64,000 bases of DNA from Octopus bimaculoides (Eukaryota): contig NC_068994.1 of the NCBI RefSeq assembly GCF_001194135.2, positions 44,950,260 through 45,014,259 on the forward strand. Reading direction: 5' to 3'. The notes under the pieces were generated by a model. The model worked only from the letters and a program-made list of their open reading frames with translations. It did no database searches and had not been told where the DNA came from. The position numbers were made by a program, and so were the translations under genes. The number at the start of each line of letters is the position of its first letter. The first letter of the stretch is position 1. Shown here piece by piece: positions 51,629-64,000 of the stretch.

Positions 51629-52477
51629 ATAACGTCGACCACTAACGTGGACATAAATGCACACACATGTATATAAACGCATACACACACACACATGATT
51701 GTGGTTTTAATGCATATGTTAACATGTATTAACATGTGTCATTGAGAGTATGTGAATGTGTATACATCTATGAGTATGCATACATGTTCTGTGTGTGTGT
51801 GTGTATAAATAATAACTTGAATGTGTTGCATATGTATATGTTGATATAATATATGTATACACACACATACACACTTTGTATATTATCTTAATTGTCTCAG
51901 CATATACACCGTACGCTGTCTCTGTATATATCTAATCTTACATGTATATCTCTGTACTATTTCTGTGTACGTAGACATGTGTACGATCTGTATCTATATG
52001 TATGTGCCGTGCCTCAGACATAAAGACAAGGAATTTGGTTTGAATCCAGTAAAGACACAACAGCCGACAAAGCATGTCATATTAAAGTAAGGGTGAACAG
52101 TTTTGGGGATGAGAGAGAGAGAGAGAGAAAGAGCAATAAAATATTGTTGTATGATTATATATAAAGGTGTATAGCTGTATGCAGTGTGTGTGTGAAGGTG
52201 CATGGCCTTCTGGTTTGGGGTGTTGCATCACAATCATGAGATTGTTGTTTCAATTCCCAGACCAGCTCTGCATTGTGTTCTTGAGCAAAATGTTTCATTT
52301 CATGTTGCTCCAGTCCACTGAGCTGTTAATGAGTAACCCTGCAACAGAATGATGATTCAGGGGGAACATTCGTCTGCCTGCCTAGCTAGTTGGGTGGCAT
52401 CATTCAAAAGCTAAAAGAATGCAAAGTGCATTGTGACCAGTGGGGTATCACAGCATCCAATAGCCTGGTTGTTACCA

Positions 52478-52571
<94 letters not shown>

Positions 52572-53039
52572 ACACATACATATATACATATGTATATTCA
52601 TGCATATATACATATGTATATATACACACATATATATACTGGCACACATTATGTGCTTTTTGTATGAACAAGGCAGGTTTGTCAAACATCATTTTGGTGG
52701 GGGGGTTTCTTCTCTTTTTTTGGTGTCTTGATACACATCATCAAAGTGCAACACTAAACTGAATCTGACCCGGTCTCTGTTCTTATGTGTAACAACATTA
52801 ACACTGCAACTTCATGTTTCCTTTCTGTGAAAAACATATATCCATGTTCAACCCAAGAAGTCACCATCAGTTATTCTTAACTGTTTAGCAATCCTAATCC
52901 ATAGTTTGTAATCCTGGTTTCAACTCTTACTTGAGACGTACTGTTCTACATTCACGACCATTAGTGCTCCACAGGTAAAGCGTGAATATTACATGTTACC
53001 TATTTTGTGGTCTTGTGTCTAATAAGTAAGAAATTATTA

Positions 53040-54345
53040 TTAATATTAGCACGCCAGTGAATTCAAATGCTGTCAGGGTTGACTTTACCTTTAGTTCTTT
53101 CAGGGTTGATAAAATAAGTACCAGTTGATCACTGGGGTCAGTGTAATTGACATTACTGGCCTCGTGCCAAAATTTGAAACCAATATTGATTATGCTAGGC
53201 AAAATGCTTAGCAGCAGTCCACTTGCCTTCTCATTCTGAGTTCAAGTTCTGTCGAAGGCAACTCTGCCTGTCATCCTTTTCGGGGTTGATAAAAATAAGT
53301 ACCAGTTGAACACTGGAGTGTAATTGACTTACCCCCCCCTCCCTTGAAATTACTGGTCTCGTGCTAAAATTTGAAACCAATATTGATTATGCTAGGCAAA
53401 ATGCTTAGCAGCAGTCCACTTGCCTTCTNNNNNNNNNNNNNNNNNNNNNNNNNNNNNNNNNNNNNNNNNNNNNNNNNNNNNNNNNNNNNNNNNNNNNNNN
53501 NNNNNNNNNNNNNNNCAAAATTTGAAACCAATATTGATTATGCTAGGCAAAATGCTTAGCAGCAGTCCACTTGCCTTCTCATTCTGAGTTCAAGTTCTGT
53601 CGAAGGCAACTCTGCCTGTCATCCTTTTCGGGGTTGATAAAAATAAGTACCAGTTGAACACTGGAGTGTAATTGACTTACCCCCCCTCCCTTGAAATTAC
53701 TGGTCTCGTGCTAAAATTTGAAACCAATATTCTTTTCTACTCTAGGCACAAGGCCCGAATTTTGAGGGGGCGGCAGTCAGATCGACCTCAGTACGCAACT
53801 GGTACTTAATCTATCAATCCCGAAAAGATGAAAGGCAAAGTCGACCTCGGCGGAATTTGCTAACGATTCTGCCAGCTTGCCACCCTAAATTTGAAGCCAA
53901 ATATTACCACAACTGTCAAAAATGCTTAGAAGCATTTCACTGTCTTCCTATTCTAAGTTCACATTCGACTTAACCCACTCCTTTGAAATTGCTGGCCTTG
54001 TGCTAAATTTTAAAACCATTATGTTCGTTTTCACATTCTGAGGTCAATTTTGCCTGTCCTCCCTTTTGGCGTTGATAAAATAAGTACCAGTTGAACAAGT
54101 GGGGTCAATGTAATCGACTCGCCATCCCCTGAAATCGCTGGCTTTGTGTCAAAATTTGAGGCCAATATTTGTGGTGATGGAATGATAGAGACATTTGGGG
54201 TGCTGGGTTAGCTGCTTTGAGTTCAGCTTTGCTTAGTCTTTATTGTTACAGAATAAGTCAGTAAAAGAAGTCTTGTCAAAAGTCAATTCAGTTGCTTATG
54301 TTCCTAAAAACTGATAGCTGTGTACCAAAATTTAGAAATATTTGA

Positions 54346-54381
<36 letters not shown>

Positions 54382-55251
54382 TACTACTATTGTCAGCGCA
54401 GTGGGTTAACAGGGTCAGCTGTGTCAAACAAAATGCTTTGAGTAATTTATTCTGGCTCTTTACACTCTGAATTCAAATCTTGTCATGGTCAAAATTGTTT
54501 TTCATTCTTCTAAGGTCAATAAAATTAGAACCAGTTAAGTACTGGGCTATACCAGTCTTCCAAAATTTGTGGCTTTGTGCCTGTGTTAGAAATTATTATT
54601 ATTATTCTCTTTTACTCTTTTACTTGTTTCAGTCTTTTGACTGTGGCCATGCTGGAGCACCACCTTTAGTCGAGCAAATCGACCCCAGGACTTATTCTTT
54701 GGAAGCCTAGTACTTATTCTATCGGTCTCTTTTTGCCAAACTGTTAAGTTACAGGGATGTAAACACACCAGCATCGGTTGTCAAGCAATGTTGGGGGGAC
54801 AAACACAGACACACACACACACACACACACACATATAAATACATATATACAACGGGCTTCTTTTCAGTTTCTGTCTACCAAATCCACTCACAAGGTTTTG
54901 GTCGGCCCGAGGCTATAGTAGAAGACACTTGCCCAAGATGCCACGCAGTGGGACTGAACCCAGAACCATGTGGTTGGTAAGCAAGCTACTTACCACACAG
55001 CCACTCCTACGCCTATATTTAATATTATTATTATTATTAATATTATTATTACTTAGGCAGCAAGCTGGCAGAATCGTTAGCTCAAAATGCTTAGCAGCAT
55101 TTTCTCCGTCTTTGCATTCTGAGTTCAAATGCTGCCATGGTTGACTTTGCCTTTCATCCTTTCAGAGTCAATAAATTAAGTACCAGTAAAACACTGGGGT
55201 CAATGTAATCGACCAGTCCCCTCCCATCAAATTTCAGGCTTAGTGCCTTTA

Positions 55252-55306
<55 letters not shown>

Positions 55307-56110
55307 GGCAGTGAGCTGGCTGAAACATTAGCACATCAAGTGAAATGCTTAGCGGTATTTCATCTGTCTTTATGTTCTGAGTTCAAATTCTGCTGAGGTT
55401 GCCTTTGCCTTTAATCCTTGCAAGGTCAATAAATTAAGTACCAGTTGCCCCCTCCCCAAAATTTTGGGCCTTGTGCCCAGAGTAGAAAAGAATTGTTAGC
55501 ATGCTGGGCAAAATGCTTAGAGGCATTTCGTCTGTCCTTACATTCTGAGGTCAACTTTGCCTTTCATCCTTTCAGATTTGATGAAATAAGTACCAGTTAC
55601 GTACTGGAGTCGATGTAATCAACTAGCCTCCTCTCACGAAGTTTCAGGCCTTGTGTCTATAGTAGAAAGAGTTATTATTATTATTGGCGAGCTGGCAGAC
55701 TCATTAGCACTCCAGACAAAATACTTAGCAGCATTCTGGTCCTCTTTACATTCTGAGTTCAAATTCCCCCAAGGTCGACTTTACCTTTCATCCTTTTGGG
55801 ATCAATAAAATAAGTACCAGTTTAGCACTGGGGGTCAATGTAATTGACTAACCTCCTTCCCCTAAAATTTCAAGTCTTGTGCCTTTAGTAGAAAGGATTA
55901 TTATTATTATTATTTATAAAGATAGTAGATTAGCATAAAAGTTAGAGCATCAAATATAATACCTTTTAGCATTTAGTTATGGCTCATTTTACACTTTGAA
56001 TTCAAATCCCGCTGAGATCAGATTTGCCTTTCATCTTCCTAAACTCCCACCGATTGACAAAATAAAGTACCAGTCAATGATATCGATTCAACTGCTCAGT
56101 TCAAAATTGC
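53040..56110 (+). mobile_element. Second dense cluster of SINE family C copies, mostly + strand, with (ATT)n spacers
   Basis: More than 10 repeated cores. Includes one minus-strand family C copy at 53730-53885 and a nested family A SINE. Confidence 0.85.
54606..55013 (-). mobile_element. Full-length SINE family A
   Basis: tRNA-like head (gtggctgtgtggtaag...gggttcagtccc), internal (CA)n and a TAAAAGAG tail. Confidence 0.9.
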
Positions 56111-57013
56111 TGGGTTTGTGTCTAAATCAAAACAAAATTATTATTGCTATTGTTGTCGCTTATGACTATGATTATTTGCGATTTGAGCAATACATCAAAA
56201 ATTTCCTTTTCTGTGTTAATGAATTAGTTGTATCTTGAAAATGTACAAATAATTGAGATTAGCAAAACGTTTTCAAAGAACATTATTTATTAGTGACAGA
56301 AATGTGTTGATAGAGACAATGGAATGCCTAAATCCTTTATTATATTCTATTGTGTGTGTGTGTGTGTGTGTTTTTTTTGTTTTTTTTTACTGTTTGGTTT
56401 CAAATTTCCCCAAAGTCAACCTTGTTTTTTTTTCGCAAACTAACAATCAGTCTTGAAATGTTAGATTTGCCTTTTCACTGCTTATGTACTTCTTATCCAA
56501 AACTTCTGAACTTAGTTGTATTATTTTTAATGGCTCAGACCACCACGAGGATTTTTTTTGAGCATGTGGCTTTTTTTTTTTAAAACCCGTATTCTGTTTT
56601 AATGAGCCACAATGGTTGTTAGATCAAGGTGTATGAGTTCAAATCTTAATGTACAGCTATTGTACTGTGACATAAAGTAAGAGATGTAACNNNNNNNNNN
56701 NNNNNNNNNNNNNNNNNNNNNNNNNNNNNNNNNNNNNNNNNNNNNNNNNNNNNNNNNNNNNNNNNNNNNNNNNNNNNNNNNNNNNNNNNNNNNNNNNNNN
56801 NNNNNNNNNNNNNNNNNNNNNNNNNNNNNNNNNNNNNNNNNNNNNNNNNNNNNNNNNNNNNNNNNNNNNNNNNNNNNNNNNNNNNNNNNNNNNNNNNNNN
56901 NNNNNNNNNNNNNNNNNNNNNNNNNNNNNNNNNNNNNAGCAAATATTGTAAAAAAATAATGTATAAAACAATAAAATTGTATCAGAATTGTTTTTCTCTA
57001 AAGTTTACATTAA

Positions 57014-57234
57014 CCCTTTAGTGTTCACATTATTCTGCCATAATTAATGCTTTTTTATCCACATTGTTTTGAACTAATCATGCATTATCTCGTAGCTATG
57101 AGATTTTGATGAGGTAGCTGTTAATTTTTAAAACGATATTGTATGGTTGGTGTGAGAGACCAGATCTGGCCAGTTTGAACATAGAATAGGCAGAATACTT
57201 TTGGCCGGATATGGCCGGTTTAAATGCTAAAGGG
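57014..57234. mobile_element. Intact piggyBac-type MITE (family 2)
   Basis: TTAA (57010-57013) CCCTTTAG ... CTAAAGGG TTAA (57235-57238). Related copies at about 60078-60295 and 31924-32035. Confidence 0.85.
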
Positions 57235-57603
57235 TTAAACAATTTGTATCACATATATGAGACACATCTTGAACCAACAAGGAACTATCCATGTGGTGGT
57301 TCATCAAACTAGAAATAGCTGCCTAATTTCACTTAAATAACTCTTCCATGTTAAATAAGGAAGAACACTCTTAAAAAGATGGGATGGTCAAGGATGGAAT
57401 GTCTCCAATCATAGTGCTCCTTAATCAAGCTTGATCTGGAGATAAAAAAAAATCAAATCATCACATTTACAGATCTATTAAATTCTCTCACAAATTCACT
57501 CTTTCACAATAACAAACTTGTTTAAGTCATTTACATCTCCCTGCAAACCTACTGAATCACATTACACATCTATAGAATCACCATGTTACTTTTAGCCCCA
57601 GCA

Positions 57604-57826
57604 ATGGTTCCAATGCAGAGAGGAAGTGCTTCTTGTGGTGTAAAGCGTAAACACCGTACATTGTCCATAAAAGAAAAAGTCAAGCTGTTGAAAAAAATTT
57701 GACAGCGATGTGTCTGTGAAAAGATTACGCGAATTATACAACATTGGATCTTTGACAGTTTACGACACAAAAAAAGCAGAAAGACTAGTTACTCTGTTTC
57801 TTTGCTAACAGTGAGTCAAAGAAACA
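57604..57826 (+). mobile_element. pogo/Tigger (CENP-B-like HTH) transposase N-terminal remnant
   Basis: With 2 frameshifts it reads KRKHRTLSIKEKVKLLKK/FDSDVSVKRLRELYNIGSLTVYDTKK/QKD*LLCFFANSESKK, the psq-type HTH pattern of pogo/Tigger. Confidence 0.8.
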
Positions 57827-60800
57827 ATCGATAATCAATAATCTGGTAAAATCACTAATCCAGCACTCTCCAGGTCCTACCAATGCTGGATAATTGGCAG
57901 TTAATAAATGAAAAAAAAACAAACTGGAAAGGCCTGCCTTTGTTCACAAATGATGCAAGTGTGTTTATGCAGCAAGTACCGCAACCCAGGAAATTTGAAA
58001 TTATTTGAAATTTTTCTAGCTGTAATTAATGCCAGATTACTGATTTGTCAGATTAGTGGCAGTCTACTGTAATAGTTAGGGTAGTGAAGGCATGCGGCTT
58101 AATGGTTAGGGTGTTCAGCTCACAGTTGTAGTGTCATGAGTTTGATTCCCGATGATGCATTGGGTCCTTGAGCAAGACACTTTATTTCAAGTTGCTCCAG
58201 TCTATTCAGCTGTAAAAAATGAGTAGTACCTGTATTTCAAAGGGCCAATCTTGTCACGCTGAATCTCCTGAAAATTACATTAAGGGTACACATGTCTGTG
58301 GAGTGCTCTACCACTTGCACATTCTACCTTTAATAATAATGATTTGTAAAAAAAATGAGGATTATGGTTGATTGATATTTTATAATTGGCTGTGAGGAAG
58401 AAAGCAACTCAAGTATTAAGGGACTCCAGGAACATTGATATAAGGTTAGAAATTTGGTTAGGAGGGGTTAGTCTAGTACATCAGCTCCCAGTACTTGACT
58501 GATATTTTATTTTATCATCCTTTGAAACATAAAGATAATCTTAGCATTTGAATTCAGAATATAAAGAGCTAGAACAAATATCACTTGGCATTTTTTCTAA
58601 TGCCACAACCAGTCTACCAAACCAGCATTCTCAGTCGTCGTCATTGTCTTTATTATTCAACATCTGTTTACCATGCTGGCACATATTGAACAGTTCACAG
58701 GTTCCAGCAAGTTGCAGGGCTGCCCTGAGTTCCAGTGTCAGTTCTAATGTGGTTTCTACCGCTAGATGCTCTTCCTAATGCCAACTACTTTACATTGTGT
58801 ATTGGAAACTTTTTTTTTGTTTGTGCCACCAGCTAGTGAGGTTGCCAAATAACTGTCAAGACAAAAAAAGAAAAAGAAAAAGCACACCCCTATTAAGTGA
58901 TGGTGGGGCTTTATGCCAAGGGTTGAACGGCAAAGGTATGATAGAGAACATAGGTGTCTCACTATTAAAGGGAATGCACAGCTACCATACATTATACGAG
59001 CATGGATTGTATAAAATGATAGAAGGCAAGGTTGACCCTGGCAGAATAATAATACTGATTTCAAATGTTGGCACAAGGCCAGCAATTTTGGGGAGAGGGT
59101 AAGGTTGATTATGTCGACTCCAGTGCTCGACTAGTACTTATTTTATTGACCCCGAAGGTTTGAAAGACAAAGTCAGCCTTGGAATAATAATATTGATGAT
59201 TAATTGGATCATCAGTTAAAAATAACTATAATCAAAACCTAAGCTGAAATCTTGTCTTTGATACAGTGTACGTTGCATGGAAATCCACTTCAGTGTGTTA
59301 ACATAAAGAAATCCTGGAATTGTTTGGAGTTCAGACTCCCCGTTAAACTTTTAACAACACGAGAAAAACTAGAATTAAAGAAAAAAACTCCTGATCATAT
59401 CCAGCTCCTCTCTCATTCTCTACAACTGTCATTTCTCACCATCTAACATATCCAGCCACCAAGAAGTTAGGTACTACTGTTTGTGTTTCTGTTCGACTGA
59501 TTGAATTTTTGAATATTCCCTCTGGTATGTCAAACTGCTGAAGATTGAGAAGTTTTACTGCTTGTAGGTGCAGCAAGTATGGCAATATGTTTGAGAAGTT
59601 CATTCTGAAATCACATAAGTCTTCATTCAGTTCAGTACCACTATGTGAGGTGAGATGACTCAGCTTGATCCGAGCCTTGTGAGAGTGAAACAGAAATTTT
59701 GCTGAATCCTGCTGGAGGGACTGTACCTGTTCTTGGGTGGTAGATTTAATTCATCATCTAGCACTACCAATTGGCCTTTCAGTGCCTTTAATTGTGTCCA
59801 TTCTGTTGCATGCTATTTGAGCCAGGTTCTCAATCTGTGGATAACTTGATATTCTTAGGTGCTGTTTCCTTCTGCACCAACTTGGAAGTCAGGTAGTTAT
59901 TCCTTCCTTTATCCATAATGTCATAGGATCTTACCTCCTCTGACTAAGCTATATAAAAAAACAAAGGATATATATCTAATATTATATCTGACTGTATTTT
60001 ATTTATTTAAGCTGTATAACTGATGCATAAATGTTAAATTCTATATTCTCTGTGTATATATGTATATATCCCCTATAATTGAACCCTTCAGCATTCAGAT
60101 TACTCTATCAAATGTAACATTAAACACTTTAAATTAATCATGCATTATTTCATAGCTTTGAGGTATTGATGACATTTGTTTTATTTTTAGAATTATATTG
60201 TAGAGTAGGTGTGAGAGGCTGGATCTAGCCAGTTTGAACATAAAACAGGTAGAATCTTTGGGTGTGATACAACTGGTTTAAATGCTAAGAGATTAAAGGT
60301 CACACCTTGATATTCTAATTCCACCTCAAAAATAAGTTAAGTTTGTGGAGTATTCATTGAATTAGCTGCCAATTCAATGAATAGGTGATTCGGTTAATTA
60401 AACAACTAAATAGTCAAAATTTAGGTTAATTAAACAACTGAATAGTCATTGTCGCAATTAATAATTCCATTCACTTATGTACATATATATCTACTTTAAT
60501 TAACTTATTAATTAGTTTGAGGAAGATGGATCAATGCCCATAGCCTTTTTTGGTTCCAATATATGGCTAATGAGCAGTTTGAAATTTGTGTGGGTGGGTG
60601 AAGTTTCATGAAGAAGGATTGAGAAATTTGCCACAAAACCACAAATTCTTGAGGGAAAGACACAGTTGGATAAGTCTGTTTCATATCCCTAGATTTATTT
60701 ACTTGACATCCAACCCCCATATACCTCCAAAAGTTAAAATGCATGCTTGGCTTCAGCAGAAATCGAACTTTAAATCTAAAAGTTACAAATACTCTGAGCT

Positions 60801-61183
60801 TTATTATTTTTTATTTTATCTTGGTGTTAGATAATGAAGATTTCTTACATAGACACTAAGTCACATATTCTGGAGTTTGTTATTAAATTTAGTTGCTCAA
60901 ACTCTTTGTTATTTGACCAGTACATTTTATCACCCCTTCCTCCAACAGTCCCTGAAAAATAAAACAATCGACAATCTTAGTTGGTCTTGAATTCAGGGTC
61001 CAAAGACCAAAAAAAAGGTTCTCCTTATTAATTATTTGGATAATGATGATGTTGATAATAGTAATGTTTTTTTAAGTGACACTGTAACAAGATTTTGAAG
61101 TCGTTGGTATGTAATGGAGAAAATGTAGATTCTGACTTATTGCTGTAATTTTCATTTCTATTGTATATATATATATATATATA

Positions 61184-62438
61184 CAGAGGATGGACAAAAT
61201 AATGGAAACACCTTAAAATTTCAAACAAATTTATTTCAATATGGGACTGCCTTTGGCAGTAAGTACAGCTTGAATTCTACGAGGTATGGACTTGTACAAA
61301 GTTTGAATTGTTTCCAAAGGAATTTTTGTCCATTCTTCAGCTAAAACAGTCTCCAGTTCTTGTAGTGATGATGGTGGAGGATATCGACTCCTTACTTGTT
61401 TTTCTAAAATGCACCATAAATGTTCAATAATATTGAGATCTGGGTATTATGGTTGCCAGATAAGATGTTCAACGTTACTAGAATGTTCCTCACGCCATTC
61501 AGTAACAACTTTAGTTGTGTGAATTGGTGCATTATCATCCTGAAAGATAGTGTTTCCCTCCGGAAACAGTTCCGCAACCATTGGATGAATTTGATCAGAT
61601 AAAATGCTTAAATAGTCTTGACTATTAATTCTGCCATGAAGGGAAACCATTGGGCCGGTGGATTTCCAAGATATAGCCTCCCAGATCACAGATCTTCCTC
61701 CATGTTTAACAGTTGGAAGAAGGCAGTCTGGGTCAAATACTTCTTTTGGCTGTCTCTACACATATACTCAGCCGGTGGTCGGAAATAAGGTAACGGATGA
61801 CTCATCTGAGAAAATAACATTCTTCCACTGCTCTATGGACCAATTATGAAGGGTTTTACTCCACTCTAAATGCTTTGCAATGTTTGTTTTTGAAAGTAGT
61901 GGTTTTCTGATTGCAGCCCTCTCATGAAATCCAGCCTTGTGCAGCTCCTGGCAAACAGTTTTTGTGGAAACTGGGTTCTTGAGGTAGGCATTAAGCTCTG
62001 CAGTAATTTTGGGAGCTGTACTTTTGTGATCCTTTCTAACAATTAGTATAAGAATCCAACGGTCCCTATCTGAAAGTTTTGGTTTTCTTCCAGAGTTTTG
62101 TTTTGATGAGGAGGATTTCCCCTCTTTCTCAAAGGCTGTCATTACTTTTGTGACAGTACTTCTTGATACACCAAACATTTTGGCTGTTTCCATTATGCTA
62201 GTGCCTGCCATATGAGCACCAACAATTCAACCTCTTGAAAGTCTGACAGATTTGTCATTTTAATAATTTTAATTAACTTTTTCTGATGATATCTGAAAGG
62301 AAACAGCAATTTTAGCAAAACATATTAAGCAACACTAATAATAAATCAAAAAACATAAAAATAAACAAGCTTTTGACAGTTTTATAGATATTTCAAAATT
62401 ATGATGTTAGGTGTTTCCATTATTTTGTCCAACCCTTG
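61184..62438 (-). mobile_element. Near full-length Tc1 element with decayed DD36E transposase
   Basis: 29-bp TIRs (61184-61212; 62410-62438) with TA on the left. HTH, RKP, FSDES, QDDNAPIH and PDLNIIE motifs are present. Stops and a frameshift disable it. Confidence 0.95.
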
Positions 62439-63254
62439 AGTATGGCATCAATGTGATGAGGACTGAAGCTTCCATTTGAATGAATGCCAAGACATGGCTG
62501 TGGAAATGCGAGTGTTTTGTGTGTTTCGTTTGAGTGAGATGAAGATCTTTGTACAATACAACACATCAACAAAGGCCAAACTCTTGGCCAGACGAGTTGC
62601 TGCAGAAGATACCGAGTGGTTAAATTTGGACGAATTGGGATTAAACTGTGAGCTATATTTTGTGTGTAGTAGTGAAGCAGCAAAGCTCACTGCACACCCC
62701 TATAACAGTAATAATAATAATAATGAATTTTTCTCATGTTTGTCGTTATTTAATAAACTAATATAGAAATCATCAGTTGGTTCATTGGATGGCTGTTTGT
62801 TTGTTTGTCTCTAACAAACAATAAATATGCCATCTTCACACAAAGAAATAGCTATATATTGTAATAATAATAATAATAACAATGGTGATAAAATATTTCT
62901 AAACAAATTGTCTTATTTTTGTTTTTTCTTTTTTTTTTATATTGATTATTGATTTCTAACATATGCAGAAAGATCACAGATCTCAGGTTACAACAATACA
63001 CACACAAACATGAATACTTATTTTTATCAATGGCTCATGTAATATTTTAATATGTTAATTGTTGCTTAACCTATATAAGCTTTGATTCAGCAGACATAAG
63101 ATGAACAGTATTCTAATTGTGACCATCCTGTAGTTTATTCAGATAGTGAATAGTTGTAGCTATGGCTGTATAGTCAAACAGTACACTTTGCAACCACGTG
63201 GTTTAAAGTTTAATCTTACTATGTAGCATCTTATGTAAGTCATCTGTAGTTTCT

Positions 63255-63485
63255 TATTTCTTTACTGCCCACAAGGGGCTACCCACAGAGGGGACAAACA
63301 AGGACAGAGAAATGGATTAAGTCGATTATATCAACCCCAGTGTGTAACTGGTACTTATTTAATCGACCCCGAAAGGATGAAAGGCAAAGTCGACCTCGGC
63401 ATAATTTGAATTCAGAATGTAGCGGCAGACGAAATACCGCTAAGCATTTCATCCGGCGTGCTAATGTTGCTGCTAGCTCGCCACC
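63255..63485 (-). mobile_element. SINE family C, subtype with the ccttgtgggcagtaaagaaataag tail
   Basis: Reverse complement matches the copy at about 21690-21920. Confidence 0.85.
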
Positions 63486-64000
63486 TTTCTATAGTTTCTA
63501 TTTGACCAATTCCTTGTGAATGAAACTTGGTAGTTGGAAACCATAAAGAAACCCATTGTCTAAACACACATATAAATATATAATGTGTGTGTGTGCACAT
63601 AGTTGTCTTTTTGGGCTGCAGTGGTTATGTCCCTCATAAACAAAACATATGGCATTGGTTTTGAAAACAAGAGTTGGTATCAGTGAGGGCATCCAGTCTC
63701 TCAAGAAATTTCATCCGACCCCTGTCAGCATCGAAAAAGCAGATTTTAAAATGATGATGATAAGTATATTTGGCACTACATTCTTTTTTTAACTGCAGAA
63801 GTGGATTGCACAAGTAATTCGAAAGGTGTAGCCTTGTTACACAGATTGCGTCACACTGGTTCTGCCTGACAGTTATGTTAAAGGTCCACATGTCTGTGGA
63901 ATGTTCAGTCACTTACACATTAACATGTTTACTGCCACATGTACCATCACTGGTGGTTCATCACAAACGTCACTCAACTGTCATCTACACCACCGGTAGT

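Noticed and set aside
3004-56971. Many long ORF-track ORFs with X runs or YIYI/THTH/CVCV/ERER tracts
   Set aside because: They are artefacts of N gaps and dinucleotide or trinucleotide microsatellites.
59252-59446. 64-aa ORF as a terminal GPAT exon
   Set aside because: Wrong phase after the acceptor and no similarity to GPAT.
59859-59892. Micro-exon candidate (SAVSFCTNLEV) as the next GPAT exon
   Set aside because: The phase fits, but there is no convincing similarity to the GPAT1 C-terminal region and the splice signals are weak.

Overview
AT-rich, repeat- and microsatellite-dense animal genomic DNA with several assembly gaps. The SINE/MITE content and simple-repeat load look like an octopus/coleoid cephalopod, which is an inference. 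The main feature is one + strand multi-exon gene, a mitochondrial-type glycerol-3-phosphate acyltransferase (GPAT1/GPAM-like). I assembled 21 coding exons by hand from 22671 to 49640. All have GT-AG introns and consistent phases, giving 801 codons + 1 nt with acyltransferase motifs I-IV. The last exon(s) were not found and may lie in N gaps or beyond the window. A candidate promoter with an RFX X-box lies at ~19630. The rest is transposon-derived: an RTE LINE RT fragment, a DD37D (maT) element, two DD36E Tc1 copies, a pogo/Tigger remnant, hAT, piggyBac and mariner MITEs, at least four SINE families (one in head-to-tail arrays), a Penelope-like remnant with a decayed hammerhead ribozyme, a foldback hairpin and a minisatellite. 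The most unusual observation is a copy of part of GPAT exon 15 and its downstream intron. It sits inside a piggyBac MITE about 4 kb upstream in the same gene, is joined to a retroposon 3' tail, and has lost its splice donor. No prokaryotic systems, CRISPR arrays or true tRNA/rRNA genes were seen.
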